A DNA stretch of 57,699 nt, the filler included, from Squatina squatina (lineage: Eukaryota), in the NCBI GenBank assembly GCA_031763465.1. It is 2 parts of 2 records of this genome, joined end to end, with 100 filler letters (N's around TTAATTAATTAA, not from the genome) between each part and the next. Parts side by side here need not be neighbours in the genome. Positions count along the whole stretch, not along the records: positions 1 to 29,870 come from JARFOE010000163.1; positions 29,971 to 57,699 come from JARFOE010000219.1. The stretch is one strand, 5' to 3'. The position numbers and the translations under genes are program-made. Shown here piece after piece: positions 25,276 through 39,600 of this stretch (position 1 is the first letter of the stretch; each line of letters opens with the position of its first letter). The notes beneath the pieces are model-generated. The model was not told where the DNA came from, made no database searches, and was given only the letters and a program-made list of their open reading frames with translations.

Positions 25276-25595
25276 GAGGGATCATAGTAATGTTGATAGA
25301 CTGGAAAAGCTGAGGTTGTTCTCCTTGGAGCAGAGATGGCTAAGAAGAGATTTGATAGAGGTGTTTAAGTTCATGAAGGACTTAGGTAGAGTAAATAAAG
25401 AGAAACTGTTTCCAATGGCTGAAGGGTCGATAACGAGAGAGCAGAGATTTAAGTATGATTGGCTGAAGGACCAGAGGCGACATGAGGAGCAACCTTCATA
25501 CGTGGTTAGGATTTGGAAAGCACTGCCTGATAAGGTTTTGGATACAGGCTCAATTGTCGCCTTCAAAAGGGAATTGGATAAATACTTGAAGGGAT
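25276..25595 (+). mobile_element. CR1 LINE ORF2 3' fragment
   Basis: FSLEQRWLRRDLIEVFKFMK...VVRIWKALP...FKRELDKYL. Confidence 0.78.
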
Positions 25596-26117
25596 GTAAT
25601 ATTCTTTTATTCTCTGGGACAGTTCTGTGTCATGCCAACCAGAAGGTCCAAGCTTCAATCCCTGCTCTGTGCTGAATTAGCTGATCTCAGCTGGATCGGC
25701 AAGTTGGAGGAAACCGAAGAGGCCCACCAAAGCTAAGTGTTGAATTATTTCCATGGGGCCATGAGGAGCTGGCCATCCAGGGCATACAAAAACATCTGTG
25801 CTACTGCTGTCCCAGGAACCCCACCCTTCGTGATTACAACCCCCTCCCCCCCGAATTCAGCTTGCTGCCAGCCGACTTGGGCCCGATTTTGAGGCCTGAA
25901 TCTGGTGAGCTGCATCGCGTGCTGGGGGGTTTTACTTAAATGAGACGTTGGCCTCTTCATGGTTCTGGCCTCTTCGTTTCAGGAATGGACAGGCAATCAG
26001 CATGCCTTGCCTGTCAGCGGCCTGAATGTTAGAATCTAACCATTAATATTCATTAATCCAGATCAGATTGATGACATCTTTAATTCACTTAAAAAGTCAA
26101 TTCTGATTGTCACTTAC

Positions 26118-26278
26118 CCACTGACAAACTGTTGTTTCTTAGCTGATATACACCTTCAAGCCACTGTGTACCATATGTCAGCTCATCAAATTCTGTTTTC
26201 ACTTTATCTGGTGTCACTGGAACAGCGAGATTAGTTGGCTTAAAGTAGATTTTGGAGATAACTTTGACTGATCCATTT
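26118..26278 (-). CDS. SEA-domain exon, paralogous to the membrane-proximal exon at 10827-10987
   Basis: 161 nt, AG...GTAAGT, same phases as the 10827 exon: NGSVKVISKIYFKPTNLAVPVTPDKVKTEFDELTYGTQWLEGVYQLRNNSLSV. Confidence 0.82.
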
Positions 26279-27789
26279 CTGTTGGGGTGAGGGAGAAAGT
26301 GTTGAGAAAGCAGATAGAGAATGTGAGGCTACAAATTCCTGCTCTGCCCCTTTGGGGGCGGATTTGGGGCAGGGCAGAACTTCCATCCGCCCCATGGATG
26401 CACCCTCACTGTACCCCAAATTCCTTAGTGTGGGTAATTAGTCGAAAGCCGGTAGGCACCCGGGCCATTTTTCTCAGTAGCTGGGCAACTCTCCCGTGGC
26501 ATTTTGTCACAGCATAAAATGGCCAGCTGCGCCAGCTAAAAAGTTTCCACAAATCGTTCTAGTGCCATTATTTTAAATTTGCCTCTTTCCCAACAACCAT
26601 TGGTTGTTCTACCTTTTAAATTAAATTGGACCCCAATTTTATCAGGACCAATTCCTAGCATGCTAATACCCCTGCTTCTTGTGGCATGCAGATGTATATT
26701 CGTTCAGGGACAACTGAAGGATTGGCAGGATGTTAGGCAGATAGCAATATCTCGCCAGTACCTCCGCATGATTGGGGTTAAACATAGGAATGAGCCCACC
26801 CACACGTCTGACGGCGTTTTGCTGTCGAAAATTGGGGGCAAGGACCTGGCGTAATCAGGGTCCTGACCCAAATTTTTCCCCTGCATACATAAAAGTGTAA
26901 AATCTGTGATGTTTGATTATTTCTGAACTAGGTGGGCACGTAAATAAAATTGAAGTTTCTTTGAATGTTAATCTGCATTGCAGGTGAACAAAATAATTGC
27001 ACATTTTAAAAAGACCCAGTTATGCCCTAAAACTAAAAAAACATTATAAAACAAAAATTAATTCCCATACCTTGGGTATTGGAAAACCAGGAAAGTTACT
27101 GGCCTCTGTCAGGACTGGGAAAGGTCTATTCCATGGTGTATCAACACTGGGGTCTGATAGAATCTGGAGTACCATAGGACTGCATCAGAATAGGGGAGGA
27201 TTCCAAGTCAACATCCTGATATCACTGGATTGGGGTTAGTTGTACTGTGGAGGGTGTGGGGTTGGGGGGAGGCAGGGGGCTGGGGTGTCGAAGCACCATG
27301 GAAAGGCAATCTTTGGGTCAGTGAGCAATGGAAGACAAGGCACTGGATCTGAGAGCTCAGGAGAGATTAAACAGTGGCTGAAGCATTGGGAAGTTCTTTG
27401 GGTCTAGCAGCACGGGAAAGGATGTCAGATGCAGTCAAGTGCATTTAGTGCTGAAGCCAGCCTTAAGCTGACAATGAACCCTGAGGAAACAGGAATGAGT
27501 CAAGACATTGTGAAAATGATAGGAATGGGCTAGATGGCAGTACTTTGGTTCGGAAGAGAGCCTGACAGCCAAATAATGTGTTGGAATCAGGGAGAGGGCT
27601 GAAGCAGGTCAGAGTGGACCAAGACATAGCATTTGAAGTGGGACTGAAACTCAACCACCCTGCCACTGACAGAGGTTGTATTTCTGACAGGAGATGAGTA
27701 ATTGAGCTGGTTAGTTCGGCGCTCAAGAGGGTGGACAATACCAGGTGTAGTCTACTGGCCAATTAAAATTTTGCCAAGGCTCTCTGCAC

Positions 27790-28737
27790 TAATTAAAGGG
27801 GAGGTGCTTTGTTGCAGAAGCATCTCATTGTCACTCTGGAGTCATTGCTCAACAGGGAAGAAGGAGGGCAAGGAGGCTCTCAGATGCAGCACTGGAGGCC
27901 TTGGCTTTGGTGGTGCACAGAAGATGTCAGATCCTTTGCCCACAGGGGGGGCAGGAGGCCTTCCAGGCAGCATGCCAGAATGCAGTGGGAGGAAATAGCA
28001 CAAGCTGGCAGCACCACGTGTGTTGTCCCCAGGACCTGGATCCAGTGCTGTGAGAAGTTTAATGGTCTCACACAAATGGATCTTCAAATGCAGTATTCCA
28101 CCAATCTGCACCTTACCCCCATCATTCACCTACCAACAATCTCTAACAATCATGGCTCATACCTCACAATCATAGCTTCACCTCACCCTCACACACTTAC
28201 CATTGCTGCAAGTCTCACACCCACACCCACACCTTGCACACCCTACCAGCTATTCAAACGTGACAGGTATATCACCCAAACACGTTGCACCACGCTAACT
28301 AACACACCTCCCTTTCTTTTGCAGGTCAATGCGGCTCACAACCCACAGGCAGCAGCAGCTAACTGGTGGGGGACAGGGACGGCTGCATATCCTGACCCAG
28401 CTGGAGAAGCTTATACTGGTCATCATTGGAGGGGCTGTNNNNNNNNNNAGCTTCACCTCACCCTCACACACTTACCACTGCTGCAAAACTCACACCCACA
28501 GCTCATACCTTGCCACACTGCCAGCTATTTAACTGTGGCAGGCACATAACCCAGATACATTGCACCACACACACTGGCACACTTCCCTTTCTCTTGCAGG
28601 CAAAGGTGGCACATAACCATCGTGAGCAGTAGCAGATGGGCAGAGGTGAAGCCTGACTTCAGAACCCCACTGTGCTGGAGGAGGCAATGCTGGAGATCAT
28701 CGGAGGGGCCGTTACTGAGGCCGTGGTGAGTGACGAG
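27790..28737 (+). mobile_element. PIF/Harbinger-type remnant with Myb/SANT-like ORF fragment and internal duplication
   Basis: QWEEIAQAGSTTCVVPRTWIQCCEKFNGL trihelix motif. The block AGCTTCACCTCACCCTCACACACTTACCA... occurs at about 28173 and again at 28449. Confidence 0.55.
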
Positions 28738-29210
28738 NNNNNNNNNNNNNNNNNNNNNNNNNNNNNNNNNNNNNNNNNNNNNNNNNNNNNNNNNNNNNNN
28801 NNNNNNNNNNNNNNNNNNNNNNNNNNNNNNNNNNNNNCTTTGTAAAACTACTTCACAATTATCAACCTAGAAATGGTGATGATGTTCATGGATAAAAACG
28901 GACGTGGCTCTTCTACTTTAACTGAGATATCAACACATTTAATGCAACTGCTTAGACACCCATATACTAATATTGCAAGCAATCTAACTAAGCCATCTTT
29001 CTGGAATATCTCAAAGTAGATCTGAGAGGTGCAGTCGATTAAATACTGTTTTGTCTCTAGGCCTGGATCCATTTGAAATTCAGGCTGATGGGATGAAAGA
29101 AACCAACAAAAGAATTAGGAGCATTTAATTCTTCGATATTTTGATGCTGGCAAAAGGATTATATTAAACAAACTTTGCTACTTAAGATTCAAGCTTGTTA
29201 AAGTTCTCAC

Positions 29211-29374
29211 CATCCACAGTAAAGTTGTCCAGTGAATACAGTCCCAGTGAAGTCAAATTGTTTGTGTTGTCTCTGAACTCGTGGTAAAGAGCAGCTCTGT
29301 CAAGTTGCTGGACAGTGGATTCATTTTTAAAATTACAGACAGCATCAACTTTAGCGGTAACTTCACCCGCAGGA
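29211..29374 (-). CDS. SEA-domain exon (C-terminal part of the repeat), divergent copy
   Basis: 164 nt, AG...GTGAGA, phase 2 to 1: PAGEVTAKVDAVCNFKNESTVQQLDRAALYHEFRDNTNNLTSLGLYSLDNFTVD(G). Confidence 0.82.
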
Positions 29375-29870
29375 CTGCCAAGTCAAAAACAATTTAATTT
29401 TAAAATGAAAATCAACAGAACAGCAGCAAAACAATTCATCGTACTTAAAAATTACCACTTATTTTGAACAATTGCTAATAACGTTTTAAAATGCATCTTA
29501 TGAATGATTGATATATAAAGAGAATGTGGTTAATTTTCACCTTGCAATGTAACAGATTTTTTTTCCTCATCTCTACCTGCAAAACCATTACTTGTGTCTG
29601 CCCATTCCCTTCACCCCACTATTAGCCTTCAGCTGTCCAGATCCTATACCCTGGAAATCCTTACCTAAACCTCTCCCCCTCTATCATTCTCTCCTCCTTT
29701 CTGGCCCCCCTCAAAAGTCACACCTGTGCCCAAGTTTTTTGTCACCTTTCCTAATCTCTCTCTCTTTGGTTCGTAGTGCATTTTTACTTACAATTGTGTG
29801 AAGTGCCGTGGCACTTTTTTATATTCAACACATTATAAATTCAAGTCATTGTTATTTAAAATAATCAGTT

Positions 29871-29970
29871 NNNNNNNNNNNNNNNNNNNNNNNNNNNNNN
29901 NNNNNNNNNNNNNNTTAATTAATTAANNNNNNNNNNNNNNNNNNNNNNNNNNNNNNNNNNNNNNNNNNNN
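29871..29970. other. Artificial contig spacer (N44-TTAATTAATTAA-N44)
   Basis: Exactly 100 nt with a centred palindromic 12-mer (29915-29926) that gives stop codons in all six frames. Confidence 0.9.
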
Positions 29971-30962
29971 ATACAATTCTTGTTTTTGGCAATATTTGAA
30001 TTTTTTTTTAAACTGATATTTTATGTAGCTATCTTTTTTTTCTGTCAGAAAAGCAGTCATATTCTTTTTAATTATGAATATGGTAGCTAGTTTTACTGAT
30101 GAACGCTCTCTCAAACTGAAGTCCACTCTGTCAAGCTTTGTTGTCACTGCCATTTGATTGAATCTCGCTCGGATTGCTGCAAGTGGGTGTGGTGAGTGTC
30201 AGCTGTGTCTATTGGCTGTCTGGAAGTCTAGTATTTACTTTCTATTTATTGATAATTTCACTGTGATTCGGTGTAAGTCCTGTCCCCGACCCTCTGTGAT
30301 CATGTTACGGTATTGTCACGATCCAGTGGATGGTACTGGTTGTTGTACAATGTTTATAAAAAAAAAGGTTCTTATCAACTGGTTTGAAATGCTGCTGGGA
30401 TTACAACATCTTTATTTGTTAAAAAATAAACTGAATATTGGTCTCACTTTTTGTGTCCAATTTATTTGTTGTGGCATTTTTCCTTGTTTATTTCTGACAG
30501 TTTTTGGCCAGATGTTTGTATGTAGTTTGAATTGCAATGAATATTGGGAGTAACGTTGGTTGAGCTGGATGGTGTTGTAGACCTACTTACTTTAGTTATG
30601 TAGCTGCAGCTTGTTCAAACAGCAGACAAGCTTTCTACACAGCAGCCCTGCCCAGCAGCGAAAGGGTTAATGCTCAATTAAAAGTTTCTTTCCCCCTTTC
30701 TTTCATTCCCTCCCTCGCTTTCTCTTTCTGTCTCCCTTTCCCCACCTCTCCCCTTTTCTCTCTCCTCTCCCTCTTGTGTGTGTCTGTCTTTCTTTCTCCC
30801 TCTCTCTCTCTGCCTCTTTTTCTGACTTTCTGTGTGTCTCTCTGTCTCAAATCTCTGCCTCTTTTTCAGTCTTTGTGTCTCTCCTTTTTTTCTGTCTCTG
30901 TGACTCTCTCTGCGACTCAGGAAATGATGTATAAACGTCTCCTGTCTGTTGCATTTCCTCAG

Positions 30963-34487
<3,525 letters not shown>

Positions 34488-35329
34488 TTTAGTATCTTCA
34501 ATTTTTATATATTTTTTAATTCATTTTATTTAGATGCATGTGGTCAGTATTCAACACATTTGCACATTGGGACTAAGAAATGAACCTGTTTTTTTTTCCA
34601 TACATTGAAATCAAGCGGAGCGCCAGACACTTCAGCCATTGTTCAATATTGCAACCAACCCACTGATTATCGCCAGCTACCGTTGTGTAACAGTGCTATG
34701 GCCAGCCAATATAGTGTCTGTAAAATATTCAGTGGTTGAAACAGGTTGTGGTTACAAGTTAACTTGTCTTTACTTCTCTAGTTCCTGGGTTTCCATTCAC
34801 ATTTACTTTGTGAAATCTGATGTTGAGTACACGCTTTGCAGAGTACCATGATTTTTAAACATGNNNNNNNNNNNNNNNNNNNNNNNNNNNNNNNNNNNNN
34901 NNNNNNNNNNNNNNNNNNNNNNNNNNNNNNNNNNNNNNNNNNNNNNNNNNNNNNNNNNNNNNNCGGTCACTAGCCAAACAATGGCGAGCTGCAGAGGACA
35001 GCTACGGTCCAAGCGCTGAGCACCTGCCTGTCCACCTCGCAACATAGGAAGTTCTAGATAAAGAAGGAGCTCATCTCGTTCACGTTCTACCATCCTGGTA
35101 GTTGCATGACACACTGAGAACGGAGTTGTTGACTAATCATAGCGATCAATCTCTATCATTGAGTCTACAACAGACCCAGACATGAGGTCAGGAAAGCTCC
35201 CAGTGGCGAGAGCTTTGGAAACCAGAGGTCGGAGCCACCTGCTCCTCGCGAGCACACTACACTCACCACACCTCACGTCTCAAATTACTCATACACTGGA
35301 TCCCAAAATGTTATTTTCTGAATGAACTC

Positions 35330-36285
35330 TATCTAATTTGCATTTGAACGAATCAATACTATCTCCCTCGGGGGCCTGTTCTGCAGTCTGACCACCCGCT
35401 CACTGAAATATTGTTTCCACAAATTCGTTTTGAATTTCTCCCTCTTCGAGCGCAGGCCGTGTCCTCTGATTCTAGTGTTCTGGATAAGGTGAAAAGCTTG
35501 TCATGGTCAACATTATCTAATCCCATCAGAATCCTAAACACAGCAATCGTATCACCTCTCAGCCTTCTCTTGTTCCAGTGAGAATGTGCCCAATTTACAC
35601 AGTCGCTCCTCATAACCCAATCCCTCAATCATTCTGGTTGCTCTTTTTAGTATCCTTCCAATAGCTGCAATATCCTTTCTGTACTGTGATGACCAGATCT
35701 GTACACCGGATTCCAAGTGTGGTCACACCAATGATTTATAAAGTGGCGGGATTACCTCACTATTTTGGCTCAATATTGACCCTTCAATGCTTCCCAATGT
35801 CTGATGTGCTTTGCTCCCCGCCACCAAGCACTGTTGCGATTGCTTCAATGTTTGGCAATCAGGACCCCCAGATCTTTACCTAGCTGAGCAAGTGCGCTGC
35901 GTGGTGCAACTACAAAGCTGTACAGACCGGAAGGGGCCAGCGGTTTGNNNNNNNNNNNNNNNNNNNNNNNNNNNNNNNNNNNNNNNNNNNNNNNNNNNNN
36001 NNNNNNNNNNNNNNNNNNNNNNNNNNNNNNNNNNNNNNNNNNNNNNNCCACCCAATCAGCACAACCTTCTATACCTTTCTCCCTCATACACTTGTCCAGC
36101 CTCCCCTTAAACACATCTCTACTATTCGCCTCAACTACTCCCTGTGGGAGCGAGTTCCACATCCTCACCACTCTCTGGGTAAAGAAGTTTCTCCTGAATT
36201 CCCCACTGGATTTAATCAGTGACTATCTTATATTGATGGACCCTAGTTACTCCAGATGTGGCCTAACCAGAGCTCTGTACAATGA
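35330..36285 (-). mobile_element. CR1 LINE fragments
   Basis: KRRLRGDTIAVFRILMGLD and VVRMWNSLPQGVVEANSRDVFKGRLDK motifs on either side of a gap. Confidence 0.7.
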
Positions 36286-36675
36286 ATACCCTTCCCACTT
36301 TTGTACATGTATTTTGTCTTTATTCCCAGCGGGTGCAGTTACAGTTCAGGGGATACTGTGTGCTAGGTGGTTCCCCTCGTCGCTGCATTGACTAATTGTT
36401 TAATTTGGATTTTATATAAATTTCAGTGTCAAATCGTAAGTACATGCTCAAAACTCACGTTTTTGTTTTTAAAAAATGTTTTAATCTAGGAGAGACGGCG
36501 GAAGCAACTGCATCGGTCCTTTCAGAAACTACCGTTCTTGCAACATTCAGGTACAGTGAGACACTCCTTGTACATNNNNNNNNNNNNNNNNNNNNNNNNN
36601 NNNNNNNNNNNNNNNNNNNNNNNNNNNNNNNNNNNNNNNNNNNNNNNNNNNNNNNNNNNNNNNNNNNNNNNNNNN

Positions 36676-39600
36676 AGGGCAGCTCTCCTCTCTGTCTCTC
36701 GGTCATTCTCTCTGTGTCTCTCAGGGTAGCTCTCCTCTCTGACTCTCGGTCATTCTCTCTGTGTCTCTCGGGGCAGCTCTCCTCTCTCTGCTCCTCTGTC
36801 ATTCTCTCTGTGTCTCTCGGGGCAGCTCTCCTCTCTCTGTCTCGGTCATTCACTCTGTGTCTCTCGGGCCAGCTCTCCTCTCTCTGTCTCGGTCATTCTC
36901 TCTGTGTCTCTCGGGGCAACTCTCCTCTCTCTGCTCCTCTGTCATTCTCTCTGTGTCTCTCGGGGCAGCTCTCCTCTCTCTGTCTCGGTCATTCTCTCTG
37001 CATCTCTTGGGGCAGCTCTCCTCTCTCTGTCTCGGTCATTCTCTCTGTGTCTCTCAGGGCAGCTCTCCTCTCTGTCTCTCGGTCATTCGCTCTGTGTCTC
37101 GGGGCAACTCTTCTCCCTGTCTCTCGGTCATTCTCTCTGTGTCTCTCAGGGTAGCTCTCCTCTCTGACTCTCGGTCATTCGCTCTGTGTCTCGGGGCAAC
37201 TCTTCTCTCTGTCTCTCGGTCATTCTCTCTGTGTCTCTCGGGGCAGCTCTCCTCTCTCGTCCTCTGGGTTATTGTCTCTGTGTCGCTCAGGGTAGCTCTC
37301 CTCTCTCTGTCTCTCGGTCATTCTCTCTGTGTCTCTCGGGGCAGCTCTCCTCTCTCGTCCTCTGGGTTATTGTCTATGTGTCGCTCGGGGTAGCTCTCCT
37401 CTCTCTATCTCTCGGTCATTCTCTCTGTGTCTCTCGGGGCAGCTCTGCTCTCTCGTCCTCTGGGTTATTGTCTCTGTGTCTCTCGGGGCAGCTCTCCTCT
37501 CTCTGTCTCGCTCATTCTCTCTGTGTCTCTCGCGCTAGCTCTCCTATCTGTATTGATCATTCTCTCTGTGTCTCTCAGGGTAGTTCTCCTCTCTCTGTCT
37601 GGGTCATTTTCTCTGTGTTTCTCGGGGCAGCTCCCTTCTCTCTGTCTCTGGGTTATTGTCTCTGTGTCTCTCGGGGCAGCTCTCCTTTCTCTGTCTCTCA
37701 GTCATTCTCTCTGTATCTCTCGGGGTAGCTCTCCTCTCTTTGTGTCTCGGTCATTTTCTCTGTATCTCTCGGGGCAGCTCTCCTCTCTCTGTCTCTGGGT
37801 CATTGTCCCTGTGTCTCTCGGCGTAGCTCTCCTCTCTGTCCCTGGGTCATTTTCTCTCTGTCTCTCAGGGCAACTCTCCTCTCTCTGTCTCTGGGTCATT
37901 CTCCCTGTGTCTCTCGGGGCAACTCTCCTCTCACTGCTCCTCGGTCATTCTCTCTGTTTCTCTCGGGGCAACTCTCCTCTCACTGCTCCTCGGTCATTCT
38001 CTCTGCGTCTCTTGGGACAGATCTCCTCTGTCTGTCTCGGTCATTCTCTCTGTGTCTCTCGAGCCAGCTCTCCTCTCTCTCTCTGGGTCATTCGCTATGT
38101 GTCTCGGGGCAGCTCTTCTCTCTCTGTCTCTCGGTCATTCTCTCTGTGTCTCTCGGGCCAGATCTCCTCTCTCTGTCTTTGTCGCTCTCTCTCTGTCTCT
38201 CAGGGTAGCTCTCCTGTCTCTGTCTGGGTAATTCTCTCTGTGTCTCTCATGGCAGCTCTCTTTTCTCTGTCTGGGTCATTCTCTCTGTGTCACGGGGCAG
38301 TTCTTCTCTCTGTCTCTCGGTCATTCTCACTGTGTCTCTCAGGGCAGCCCTCCTCTCTCTGTGTCTCGGTCATTTTCTCTGTGTCTCTCGGGGCAGCTCT
38401 CCTCTCTCTGTCTCTGGGTCATTGTCTCTGTGTCTCTCGGGGCAGCTCTCTTCTCTCTGTCTCTCGGTCATTTTCTCTGTGTCTCTCGGGGCAGCTCTCC
38501 TCTCTCTGTCTCTCGGTCATTCTCTCTGTGTCTCTCTGGGCAGCTCTCCTCTCTCTGTCTCTCGGGGCAGCTCTCCTATCTCTGTCTCTGGGTCGTTCTC
38601 TCTGTGTCTCTCTGCGCAGCTCTCCTCTCCCTGTCTCTCGATTATTCACGTTGTGTCTCTCGGGGTAGCTCTCCTATATGTATTGATCATTCCGTGTCTC
38701 TCGGGGCAGCTCTCCTCTCTCTGTCTCTGGGTCATTGTGTCTCTCGCGGTAACTCTCCTCTCTCTGTCTCTCGGTCATTCTCTCTGTGTCTCTCGGGGCA
38801 GCTCTCCTCTCTCTGTCTCTCGATTATTCTCTCTGTGTCTCTCGGGGCAGCTCTCCTCTCCCTGTCTTGGTCATTCTCTCTGTGCTCTCGGGGTAGCTCA
38901 CCTCTCTCTGTCTCTGGGTCATTGTCTCTGTGTCTCTCGGGGCATCTCTCCTCTCTCTGTCTCTCGGTCATTCTCTCTGTGTCTCTTGGGGCAGCTCTCC
39001 TCTCTCTGTCTCTCGGTCATTCTCTCTCTGTCTCTCGGGACAGCTCTGCTCTCTCTGTCTGTGTCGTTCTCTCTCTGTGTCTCTCGGGGTAGTTCTCCTC
39101 TCCCTGTCTCTGGTTCATTCTCTTTGTGTCTCTCAGGGCAGCTCACTTCTCTCTATCTCTTGGTCATTCTCTCTGTCTCTCGGTCACTCTCTCTGTGTCT
39201 CTCGGGTTAGCTCCCCTGTCCCTGTCTGTCGATTATTATCTCTGTGTCTCTCGGGGGAGCTCTCCACTCTGTCTCTGGGTCATTCTATCTGTGCTCTTGG
39301 GGCAGCTCTCCTCTCTCTGTCTCTCGGTCATTGTCTCTGTGTCTCTCAGCGTAGCTCTCCTCTCTGTCTCTGGGTAATTCTCTCTGTGTCTCTCGGGGTA
39401 GCTCTGCTCTCTCTGTCTCTCGGTCATTCTCTCTGTGTCTCTCGGGGCAGCTCTCCTCTCTCTGTCTCTCGGTCATTCTCTCTGTGTCTCTCGGGACAGC
39501 TCTCCTCTCTCTGTCTCGGTCATTCTCTCTTTGTCTCTCGGGGCAGCTCTCTTCTCTCTGTCTCTGGGTCATTCTCTGTGTGTCTCTCGGGGCAGCTCTC

